Program-made: the position numbers and the translations under genes
Assembly (NCBI GenBank): GCA_043228905.1
Contig: JBHGNT010000010.1
Coordinates: forward strand, 7,378,001 to 7,442,000
Source of the DNA: Azolla caroliniana
Lineage: Eukaryota; Plantae; Polypodiophyta
Direction: 5' to 3'
Length of the DNA: 64,000 nucleotides
The notes under the pieces: model-generated
Databases searched by the model: none
Seen by the model: the letters and a program-made list of their open reading frames with translations, nothing else
What the model was told of the DNA's origin: nothing
Part shown: piece by piece, positions 37,979-49,931 of the stretch
How positions within the stretch are numbered: position 1 is the first letter of the stretch
Layout of the letters: every line of letters starts with the position of its first letter

Positions 37979-38755
37979 TGTCGTAGTGTATTTCGTACAC
38001 TACGTGAAAAACTTCTAAAGTACCGATTTAATAAATATGAATAAATAGTAGAAAATATTAAAATATATATAACATGCATAGGGCAAGATTCAAACCTTGC
38101 ACCTCCATGTTAATAATGTAATGTCTTACCATTACACTAGCATTTCATTTGTGTTAAAAAGTAAATGTCCCACATAAAACATCGTAAGTTCACGTAGGAT
38201 AAACTTTAGTTAAAAGAAAAACGCATGCTAAAAGAAAAAGCTACGCATGCACATCTAGCGTGCATGAACGCTATAGTTGATAAAAAACGCACAAGTTAGA
38301 AAAAGCATGATCACTTTAGATAAATCATATAGTCTATCTATAGGAAAAGCATGGAGTCTATAGTTAGAGAAAAAAAAGCATGGATTCCTAAGACTCCCTC
38401 ATCACTACATAAGGATGGGGAGCACAATGTAATGTGTGTGTGAAATATTTGGAAATTGGATATATTTCCGAAAGCACCAACCGATTAATATAATCGAGGG
38501 ATTCACGAAAATAATATAATCTATACTTGTGGGATTCACAAGTTTCCTATATCTTTCTTTCAATCTAAATACATATTCTTATCTAAATATTGATTAATCG
38601 AATACAATACACTCGTGGGATTCACGAAATTTCTATCTCTCTTTCGAATAATCTATTCATTACTAGCCTCATCTCATATTCTTCTTTCTCCTAGTCCAAA
38701 ACCTCGGCGGTTCCCACCCGACTCACGCAACGATCCGGAGCCGAAAGGCACGACA
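37979..38755 (+). mobile_element. solo LTR Y (TGTCGT clade), TSD ACGT/ATGT
   Basis: Termini TGTCGT...ACGACA; 4-bp TSD with one CpG transition; three internal GGGATTCAC repeats. Confidence 0.8.
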
Positions 38756-38774
38756 ATGTACTCGTGGATTTCCG

Positions 38775-39163
38775 CGATACCGCCTTCTTGACGGCTTCGG
38801 CCCAGTAGAATTTCAGCATATACTTCTCCTCAAACATCGCCCTAGCCGCTTCTTCGATCATTTGATTCTTCCTCTCGGCCACACCGTTCTGTTGCGGCAT
38901 GTATCTGTAGGAGAATTCTTTCCTTTTGCAGATAGCTAGAGAACTAGTCGGAAAAATACTCTTTCTCGCCATCGGACCATAGGCACTTGATTTTTCGGCT
39001 TGTCTCCCGTTCGACAAGGCTCTTCACCTTTAAGAAATCGGAGAAAACTTCACTTTTCTTCTCGATCAAGCATGCCCAAGTGTCCCGAGTGTAATCATCG
39101 ATGAAGGTTACAAAGTAACGACTTCCACCGATATTTACGTTCTGTGTCGGTCCCCATACATCT
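38775..39163 (-). pseudogene. copia integrase fragment
   Basis: DVWGP, FIDDYTR, QQNGVAERKN. Confidence 0.85.
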
Positions 39164-39787
39164 TGTTGAGAATCAAGCTTAACATAGTGCAACATGTGAA
39201 CACACCTTTTGAGAATCTATGATTACTCAAAGGTCAAGAGTCACACCACTACTCTCTACACATTAACTATGTGTAATAGAATCATATTCTATGACACATA
39301 ACTAATGAGTTACATATTCCCTATGACTATGAGTCTTCACATTCTCCAAGAGAGAGTGGTTGTTGTGGTTAGTTAATGAAGAGAGAGGGTGACTATATAT
39401 AAATCACCCTCCTCATACTTCATATTAAGTCGGTTGTGACTCCTTGTAATGCTACATTTTTGTATTTCATATTCTCCTTATGAATATACATCTTCTTCTT
39501 CTTGAGTATTCTATTTCCATTCTATCTATCCATCTTGTGTCTTCTCTTCTCTTCTCTATTTCCTCTCACACATACACATAACACATATATCTTCCGCTAC
39601 ACAAGAATCATACCCGATTCTTTACATGGTATCAGAGTGATTTGGTAGCTCAATCTAGCCCATCCGCATGTGTTGTGTTCTATGCCGACGTTCAAGAAGA
39701 ACCGGTCCATTGCTATTGTAGTGCGACTACATAGCTCGTATTCGACAGAGAAGGAAAAGAAAAGAAGGAAGAAATATTCATCAACAA

Positions 39788-40572
39788 TGAATACTCAAAT
39801 GGGGAGCACTCTCCCTAGCGAGAAGCTAGATCAAAACAACTTTGCATCTTGGGAGTACAAGATGCACCAATACCTTGTTGTCCATGGCTATTGGGGTTAC
39901 ATAAAAGGAACACAAGAAAATCGATCCGACCCAAAAGACGCCGACTATGCAACATGGGAGCAAGCGGCAAGCCGAGTGATGTATTGCTTGACGACATGTG
40001 TTCATGACCACATGCTTGGCTACATTCGAGAAGCTGAGACGCCAAAGGAAGCATGGGAGAATCTACGGAAGATTTTCACCGCTAATACAACCGCGAGAAA
40101 GCTTCAACTCCGCCAAGAGTTGAACAACATCCAACAAAGGGATATGTCCATCACGAGCTACACCTTAAAGATCAAGGAGCTTTGCAACTCGCTCATCTCG
40201 ATAAGTGTCAATGTGGATGATGATGAGATGGTGCAAATATGCCTCGGCGGCCTTGCACCACGGTTCGGCGTGATGAGGACCGCCGTATTAGCACGGGAAA
40301 ATCCGCCCTCCTTCTTCGATCTTCAATCCATGTTGTTGGTCGAAGAAAACCATGTTCGAACAAGGAAGAACGCCTCGGAAGGCCACATGCTTTACTCACA
40401 CTTGAACGGAGGAAGAGGATGCAACCGTGCAAGAAGAGGCCGATTCGGCCAAGGACGAGGCAGACGAGGCCCGACTTATGAAAACAACTCGCAATTTCGG
40501 TATCAAGACGGAAGCCATCGAGGAAGCTTCGGAAGAAGGGGGAGCTTCCATTCCGGTCTGAGCCGACCGTAA
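39788..40572 (+). pseudogene. copia gag (G1)
   Basis: EKLDQNNFASW, PKEAWENL, RKLQLRQEL, RGG-rich tail. Confidence 0.88.
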
Positions 40573-41185
40573 GAAGATGCGCGAGTCAGGTTCCACTAGC
40601 CGATAACTCACCAATTACGCCACCAACTCCAAGTAATAATGACGATCGTGGCGGAATGTTCGTAATGAGACATAGAGAAAATTCTATGTTGGCTTCTACT
40701 TCAACTAGTGCCTCCGGTCCGGAAGACATATGGTTTGTCGACTCCGGTGCCTTGCCTCGAACCATATGATGTCTCATCAAGAATGGTTCCAAGAACTTTG
40801 AGAGTCGAAACGACCCGGCTACGTCGAAACCGGAGACGACACTAAGTATCCGATTCGACACATCAGCAATGTCCCATTCGGCAAAGAAGGTAAACAAACT
40901 TTTATTAAGAATGTCTTGCATGTACCAACCATTTCGAAGATTTTGGTCTCCGTCGGCCAAATTGTTGAGCAAGGGATGCAAGTACGATTTAATCAAGGCG
41001 GTTGCTTCATTGAAAAAGAGGGCCGACTCATCACTCATAGACGAAGAGAGGGCCGAATGTTCATTCTCGACTAGCACGAGATGAAATCAGCCATGTTCAC
41101 AAAGGGCACGAAAGCCGATTCCGACATAGAGTTATGGCACAAGAGAATTGGCCATATCAACCTCCAAAATCTCAAGGCAATGCAA

Positions 41186-41342
41186 GTTTAGTTAGTTAGT
41201 CAACCATGTAACTTCGTAGTTACCTAGATAGAATCTAGTTAGAAGTGTTGACTATAACGCCTTAAATAGGACCTTGCACTTAAGTGGGATATTCTAGATC
41301 CTCCACTCCTAAGTACATTTAATATAGAACTTACACCTTTGT
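41186..41342 (+). repeat. remnant of the 5' LTR of copia I, fused to the LTR of B
   Basis: Near-identical to about 47087-47242. Confidence 0.8.
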
Positions 41343-44300
41343 CTCTCCCGCGTATTGTTAAGCTCTCCATTAAACCTGTTTTCTATTGCTTCCGCACGCT
41401 ATTTGTTTTTACATGGTATCAGAGCGCGAGGGTTGAGAACCTCTGTAGCCGACACTCGCTTTTGCAAGAAGAAAACCTAACCTTTGAAAAAAAAAAAACA
41501 CAAAAAAACAATGGATAGAGGAATGGCTAGCTCGCTTCCGGTGGAGAAGCTCGACAGAACTAACTACGCATCTTGGTCATACAAGGTGCACCAGTACCTG
41601 CTTGGGCATGGTTACTGGAGCTATGTCGACGGAGCTAACGACACAACACCTGATGCGGCACACAAGGACTTCCCGGTGTGGGAACAATCGGCAAGCAGAG
41701 TAATGTACTGCTTTGTGTCTAGTGTCAGAGACCAGCTGCTGAGCCATGTCCGAGATGCCAAGACGCCGAAAGATGCTTGGGGAAACCTGAAGAAGGTGTT
41801 CGCCGGAAGCACTACAACCCGGAAGCTGCAACTCCGATAGGAGCTGAGCAATGTTCGACAGAAGGACATGTTGATGGCTGATTACACGGCCCTAATCAAA
41901 GAGATCTGTAACTCGCTTGCCTCTATCAACGTCATGGTAGAGGAAGACGAGATGGTACAAGTCTATCTTGGGGGCCTGGTGTCTAAGTTCCGAGCTTTCT
42001 GGACAGCTATATGTACAAGGGAGAATACGCCGTCATTTTTCGACTTACAGTCGATGCTCCTTGTAGAGGAGAACCATGCCGGTGCGTCAACAAGTGCACC
42101 CACCGACAACCAGATGCTGTACACGGAGGTGGACCGGCCCTGTGGGCGTGGTGGACGATGCAGGTTGGCACGCAATGGAGGCGGTTGGCAAGGGCAAGAC
42201 CGACGACACAGAGACCGTGCCGACAACAGTTCCGGGACTTCCACAAGCAGGGGGAGTCAAGATGGAGCCGGAGGCCGGTAGGACAAATCCGCCACGGAAT
42301 GCTGGTACTGTGGAAAAAAGGGCCACAGAGAAAGCGAGTGCTGGAAGAAGCGCGCCGATTCGGACAGATCTAGATTCGGCAAAACCGGTTGGGAGAACCG
42401 GCAAAGCTCGCACTACGCGCAAGGATCGAAAGGATCCGGAACCGAGAAGACCGTTAAGGGGCCAACCTTGGTGATGAAACATGAGGCTAACTCGATGAAG
42501 AATACCACTTCCAAATCAGAGGAAGTGTGGTATGTTGATTCCAGTGTGTCAAATCACATGACGAACCACAAAGAGTGGTTCTCCTTCTTGGAGAAACCAG
42601 AACAATCGAGAGTTGTCGAAACCGGAGACGACACTCCTCACCCAATCGTGCACGTTGGAGAAGTTCCCCTGAGCCACGTCGGATAGAGGGGGAAGCTGAT
42701 GAATGTATTACATGTTTCGACTATCACAAAGAACCCTGTGTCGGTTGGATAGATCGTCGACCAGGGAATGCAGGTGCGGTTTACGCACCTCGGGTGCTTC
42801 ATCGAGGAGGAGGGCCAGATTATTGCGCAAGGGCGTAGAGATGGGAGGATGTTCATCCTCGACACCAATGACGTCGGCACCACCTAGTTCGCCAAAGGAC
42901 AGAAGGTCGAATTGGACATTGACCTGTGGCACAAGCGGATCGGCCACGTCAATTACCGAAGGCTTCAAGACTTGCAGACGAAACAAATTGTTTTCAGTTT
43001 GCCGAAGTGTAGTGGCCGGAAGGCCCAAGTATGTGAAGCCTGCCAACTTGGGAAGCAACACCGACTTCCATTCCCCGCCGAACAAAACCATAGCCGTAAT
43101 AAGCTTGACCTTATTCATTCGGATGTATGGGGACCGGCACAGAACATGAGTCTTGGTAGGAGTCGATACTTCGTCTCCTTCATCGACAACTATATTCGGC
43201 ACACATGGATCTACCTCATTGAGCGGAAGAGCGAAGTCTTCGACTGTTTCCGGAACCTCAAGAGCATGGTGGAACGGGAATCGGAGAGGAAGATCAAGTG
43301 CCTGCGGTCAGATGGCGGAAAAGAATATTTTTCCGGCCAATTCAACAGTTATCTACAACAAACAGGAATTCGGAGAGAGTTCAGCTGCAGATACACACCG
43401 GAGCAAAATGGTGTGGCTGACAGGAAGAAGCGGTCGCTTGTCGACGCGGCAAGGGCAATGCTGGAAGAGAGGAGCATGCCCCATTTCTACTGGGCGGAGG
43501 CGGTCCAGAACGGCCATCTACATCCAAAACCAGATCGGTGACAAGGTGTCTGTGCATGAGCTGTATTTCGGGTGCAAGCCGAATTTGAGACATCTTCGGA
43601 TTTTCAGCAGCATAGCTTATGTGCATATGTCGGATGAGAAGCGGAGGAAGCTAGATGTAAAATCGGAGAAGTGTATCCTCATCGGCTACTCACATGAGCA
43701 AAAGGGGTATAAGTGTTATAACCCCCGGACGAAGCAGGTCTGAGTTAGCCGCGATGTTGAGTTTGATGAGACAGCATCATGGTATGCCTTACCAGCTCCG
43801 ACTTCTGACCCCGACCCGATACCAGAGGATGAGGCTAGTGAGCCTGAATTGGTCCAGATAGAAGATGATGAATCCGGAACTCAAGAAGAGAGTTCGGAAT
43901 CGTTTTGGTTGAGTGGGCCAAACGAGAGACTGGGTCAATCCGACCAGACGGATGAGGAACCGGCCCGTAATGAAGACTCTGCCGTGCTCTCCCCGCGCAA
44001 GGAACTGAGGAGACGGTTCACGCGCAAAGAGAAGGGGAAGAAGAAGATGCTGGATTATGAAACCGGTAATGATGAGCGGATCCGACTCTGGAAAGGAAAA
44101 TGACGGTTCTTCGGCAGCGAAGACCCAACCGGCCAAGAAGGGCCTCAAACTGGGTAACGGTGGCTTACGCCGGTCAACCCGCCAGAAGGAACCTGTTAAG
44201 CAGTACGGGTACAATGAGTACATGGCGCATCACTATGCGTACATGACCAAGGTGGCGGAAGTGCGTGCGCCGGAGAGCTACGCAGAAGCGGCAAAGGACG

Positions 44301-46858
44301 CACATTGGCGTGCCGCTATGGAAGAAGAGATGCGGGCACTTGATGCCAATGATACATGGGACCTGGTTTACCCTCCCCGTCACAGTAAACCGATCAGATG
44401 CAAGTGGGTGTACAAGGTAAAGTACAACACCGATGGTTCAGTTAACTAGTACAAGGCCCGGTTAGTGGAGAAGGGATATGCACAGACCCACGGAATCGAC
44501 TATGACGGGACCTTCGCTCCAGTAGCGAAGATGACGACAGTTCGTGTGGTGCTGGCGGTTGCTGCGGCAAGGGGGTGGCATCTTAACTAGATGGATGTGA
44601 AGAATGCATTTCTTCAAGGAGATCTTGAAGAAGAGGTCTTTATGATACAAGCCCCCAGTTTCCAGATGGAGATGAACAAGTCGACGGTATGCCGGCTGAA
44701 GAAGTCACTTTATGGCCTGAAGCAAGCCCCCCGAGCTTGGAATGCGAAGATCACACACCGGTTGCGTAATATGGGGTTTGCGGCCTCGAAGTCCGACTCT
44801 TCGTTGTTCATCCGGCAAGGCCCGGACGGTCCGGTTTGCATCTTGTTGTATGTTGATGATCTGGTCATCACCGGACCCGGACTCGATGAAATCAGCCGAG
44901 TCAAGTCCCAATTGTCGGATGCGTTTGAGATGAAGGACCTAGGGGACCTTCACTATTTTATTGGGATCGAGGTGATCCGAACCCCCAACGGCATATTGCT
45001 CTCACAGAGGCACTATGTGTTGAATATGTTGTACAAGTTCGGCATGATAGAATGCCGACCTGTCTCTACATCCTTGGACCGGAACCAGAAGCTCTATCCC
45101 AAGTTCGGACCAGCCTGCGATGAGAAACGGTTCCGACAAATTGTCAGAAGCCTTATATATTTGACCATCACCTGACTCGACATAAGCTATTTGGTCGGTG
45201 TGATTAGCCAATTCATGCAGAAGCCGACCATAGAGCATCTTTAGTGCGCGCACCGAATATTGCGGTATGTGAACGGCACAAAGGACCGGGGACTATTATA
45301 CCGGTGAGGTATAACCGAAGTGCTGGTCGGTTACACAGATGCCGACTGGGCCGGCGATGCATCAGATTGCCGATCAACCTCCAGTTATATGTTTTCCCTA
45401 GGTAGCGCGGCTGTTACGTGGAGCAGCAAAAAGCAGCCAACAGTTGCTCTGTCGAACACTGAGGTTGAGTATCGGGGCGCTACCGTTGCCACTTGTGAAG
45501 CCATTTGGCTTCGGTGACTGCTGCAAGACCTACGGATCGAGGTACGACCCCGATTCTGATCTACTGCGACAACATACGCAGCGTGCAACTCTCCAAGAAC
45601 CCCGTATTCCATGCTCGCACAAAGCACATAGAAGTGCACTATCACTTCGTGCGTGAGCGTGTCCTGAGCGGTGAGGTCGAACTTCGGTATGTTCACATGG
45701 ATCGGCAAGTTGCTGACATCTTCACCAAACCACTCGGATCGGGTAAGTTGCAACACTTCATTGAAATTCTCGGTGTTCAACATCTCGACGTGCCACAATT
45801 GAGGGGGAGAACGAGCAAAAACACCGGAACGGGCAAAGGCAAAGAGACTGCCGATTGCGCCGGTGAGGGAAGAACCGATAAAGGGAGAGACAAGAAGAAG
45901 AAAGGAGCTGAGTTGACAAAGGAAGTCAACACATCCGAACAAGTCGGAACAAGCAGCAGCGGCGACAGAGTCAAGAAGGATAGAGCCGACCGAAGGAAGA
46001 AGGCCAAGACCCGAACATGGTCCGATGTGGTGAAGGGCCTTGAATTGGAAGACGAATTGGGAGTGACCGATTTGGACAAGAGTTGGAACGAATTGGAGAC
46101 AGTCAATTTGGTTCAACAAACAGATTTAGAAGGACCGGATCAATTCAAGGCCAAGAGGATGGGAAGGTAGCGTAAGTCAACGCCAACACGAAGGAACTTG
46201 CGAACCGGCACACGCCGAAGTCACAGCAGCGAGGGAGCTGAATTGGGCATGTTGGGCAGACAAACCGACCGAGGAGGTCGAGGTGTGCAGAACAAGAGGG
46301 GTCGCGAAAAACAGAACCGGACCGGACGAGGAGCGCGAGCAAGGCGGAGTGACGCTAGAAGGAGCCGGGCAGAAGGACCAGTTGCCACAGACGTTGACAC
46401 TACGACCGGACCTCAAGTTGAGCTTGAGGGGGAGTGTTGAGCGGCAAGCTCAATTGGAGCCGGATCGGCTGAATAAGCCTGAGCCGGTGAGCGAGACGGA
46501 TCGGTGAGCCGGTGAGCACCTAGTGAGCAAAAGAGCCGGTGAGCTAGGGAACCGGTTAGCCGGATCCATCTGTAACTGGAAGCCTAGTAGCAGCTAGACT
46601 ACTAGGGAGTTAATACTCTCGTAGTTAGTGTCAGACGCTTGAGTGAGCATTGAAGTACACCGTACTTCTGTCAGTCCGTATGAACTTGTATAAAAGTGTT
46701 CGCTGAACACATACTATGTACAGAGTGTTGATATAATTTTTGAATAGTGATTCTTGTTCTGCTCTCTCTCTGTCTCTCCCGCGTACTATTAAGCTCTCCA
46801 TTAAACCTGTTTTCTATTTTCTGTTTTCTATTGCTTCCACACGCTATTTGTTTTTACA
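41341..46858 (+). mobile_element. near full-length copia B (5' LTR truncated)
   Basis: LTR end 41412, PBS TGGTATCAGAGC at 41413, gag-PR-INT-RT-RNase H with stops, tail ORF to 46170, PPT, 3' LTR 46435-46858. Confidence 0.92.
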
Positions 46859-47387
46859 GTAACCCACGATGGGTGGAAGTAGTCGACCTTCGCCCACACA
46901 CTACAAGCCTTCGTCACCGGCTTGAGGGGGAGGAATTGAGATTGCCACGGCGAGGAAAGCCGAAGACCGGACGGAAGCCGCACAGAAGCCGACATCGGAA
47001 GTCGGACAACGCCAAAAACAACGCCGGATGTCGGACGCCTCACACTTGAGCTTGAGGGGGCGTGTTGAGAGATCAAGCTCAATTAGAGTTAGTTAGTTAG
47101 TCAACCATGTAACTTCGTAGTTACCTAGATAGAATCTAGTTAGAAATGTTGACATAACGCCTTAAATAGGACCTTGTACTTAAGTGGGATATTCTAGATC
47201 CTCCACTCCTAAGTAGATTTAATATAGGACTTACACCTTTGTACCTATATTCTCCTCACACATGTGCACCCTTGGACATGAGATCTATATATACCTCATT
47301 GATGGTATTTTTGTATTTGATGATGATAATGTTGATGCTAATTTAATATAGTCACTCATCCCCCATCTTGTGTTCTTCATAAGTGTA

Positions 47388-47421
<34 letters not shown>

Positions 47422-47477
47422 TCACACACATACACACACATATCACATAATCTTCCGCACTTAACTTAATCACATCA
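46859..47477 (+). mobile_element. 3' end of copia I: PPT and 3' LTR 47063-47477
   Basis: CTTGAGGGGGCG then TGTTGAG...CACATCA; contains (CT)n and (CA)n. Confidence 0.78.
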
Positions 47478-47544
47478 TTAGGTACTAATTAACCCTTAAT
47501 TACTTACCTAATTCTTAATAGTTGTATACCATAGGAATCGGTGT

Positions 47545-49871
47545 ATGACATCGGGTGTGAACGACCTTACTCCGCACGAGAAGGTTTTCGGAAAGAAGCC
47601 AGACCTATCACATGTTCGGATATTCGGCTCCATTGCGTACATGCACATCCCCGACGAGAAGCGACAAAAGCTCGACCTGAAGTCGGAGAAATGTATCCTC
47701 GTAGGATATTCACTGGAGCAAAAGGGGTACAAGTGCTATAACCCCTCAACTCGAAAATCTCGAGTAAGTCGAGATGTCGTTTTCGATGAGTCCGCATCTT
47801 GGTATGCACCAGAGACAACCTCGACTCCGATTCCGTTTGGCCCAGAATCCACCGAAATAGAGATAGAAGCCGAAGATCGGCTCACGTGCATGTTCGAAGA
47901 AAGCCTGATTACGACAAGGCTTATTGGGTCACAAGAGCCTTCGAGCGATCAAAGCACATCTCGGCCGAGTTCGAAGCTGGACAAAGGGAAGGCAAAAATA
48001 CCGGAGTATGAAAACGATCACTTCGATGGAAACGAATCGACTCACTCCCTCGATAGTGAGTTCGACGGCCTTGACATTTGGACAAATGGAGTCAAGAAAG
48101 CCTTAGTATCTGCAAACAAGAAGCTCCGCCGATCCACCCATGAAAAGAACCCTGTAAACCGATTCGGCTACAATGATTATATGGCGTACCATTATGCCTT
48201 TATGATGAAGGTAGAGACAGTAGGGGAGCCGGAAACCTTTTCCAAAGCCGTAAAGGACCTGCAATGGGTCGAAGCAATGAACGAGGAGATGTGGGCACTT
48301 TGCAAGAACCAAACATGGGATCTCATTCCCCGCTCACTGCACAAGAAGGCAATCGGTTGCAGATGGATCTACAAGGTGATGTATAACGCTGACTTCTTCG
48401 TAAACCGCTACAAAGATTGACTCGTAGTGAAAGGATATGCACAAACACATGGAGTCACGACTACGAAGAGACATTTGCCCCGGTGGCAAAGATGACGACT
48501 GTGCGGACTGTAATTGCACTCGCAGCGGCGAAAGGGTGGCACCTCCATCAGATGGACGTAAAGAACGCCTTTCTCCAAGGCGAATTAGAAGAGGAGGTAT
48601 ACATGGTACAATCAGCCGGCTTCGAATCGCGTACTCATCCGAAATCCATGTGCCAACTCAAGAAGCCACTCTACGGCCTCAAGCAAGCACCGCATGCTTG
48701 GCATTCAAAGATTATGCAATATCTTCATCAAATCAGCTTTCGAATGTCGAAATCCGACAACTCCCTCTACGTACGAAACGACTCTAGAAGCTCGATTGTC
48801 ATCATCCTATACGTGGATGAATTGGTCATTGGAGGAGAAAGTTTAGTCGACATCAACAAGGTGAAATCCCTCCTCTCTAACAAATTCAAGATGAAGGACA
48901 TGAAACAACTTCATTAATTCCTGGGCATCGAAGTAATTCGGATTCCAACCGGCATTATGATGTCTTAACGACACTACATTCTCAATTTATTATACAAGTT
49001 AGGGATGAAAGAGTGCAAATCTATGTCAACCCCTCTCCATCGAAACCTCAAATTAGATGGCGACTCCGGCGCAGACGAGTGCAAGCTGACTCAATATCAA
49101 CAACTGATCGGGAGCCTCATCGTTCTCACGATTAAGCGACCCGACCTCAACTATCCGGTCGGCCTCCTTAGCCAATTCATGCAAACTTTGCGAGATATCC
49201 ATTTCGATTGCGCTAAGCGAGTATTACGATACGTGAACGACACAATGGATTACGACATCCTTTACGCATCGACCGCACCAATTTGACTCTAAGGGTACAC
49301 GGATGTCGACTGGGCCGACTACAAAGTCGATCGACGATCAACATCCGGATTTGTCTTCTCGCTCGGTAGCGGAGCAATATCTTGGAGTAGCAAGAAGCAA
49401 CCAACCGTAGCTCTTTCGAGTACGAAGGCCGAATACTGGGGCGCAGCCGTAGCTACATGTGAAGCCGTATGGCTCAAGAGGATTTTGAAGGATCTAGGCG
49501 TTCCCATCAAGGATCTGATTCCCATTTACTACGACAACATGAGTAGTATATATCTGGCTCGGAACCCAGTGTTCCACGCATGCACAAAGCATATCGAAGT
49601 GCACTATCACTTCATTCGAGAGCGCATACAAACCGGAGATGTCGACCTTCAGACGGCCGACATCTTCACCAAAGCCTTCGGAGTCGACAAGCTTCAGCGA
49701 TTCATGTTAGACCTTGGATTGACGATCCCTGACTTGCCAAGCTTGAGGGGGAGTACAAGTGAGAACCGGATACCGTCTGAACCGGGTACGAGCAGAAGCG
49801 GACACTGGAGATCATCCAAACCGGATACCAACCGAAGCGGACATCAATCAAAACGAACCGACCCGAGTTGA
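47545..49871 (+). pseudogene. integrase C-part, RT and RNase H of G1
   Basis: [47 protein letters not shown]. Confidence 0.9.
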
Positions 49872-49931
49872 GCTTGAGGGGGCATGTTGAGAATCAAGCT
49901 CAACATAGTGCAACGTATGAACACACCTTTT

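Larger units (their letters stand above)
39164..49931 (+). mobile_element. copia G1, hosting I and B; 3' LTR (from 49885) interrupted by H
   Basis: 5' LTR 39164-39626, PBS TGGTATCAGAG at 39627, gag to 40572, protease, integrase resuming at about 47520, RT, RNase H, PPT about 49872-49884. Confidence 0.88.

Noticed and set aside
42011-42482. Many overlapping or antisense ORFs in GC-rich copia and gypsy regions
   Set aside because: Shadow frames of gag/pol with no recognisable motifs.
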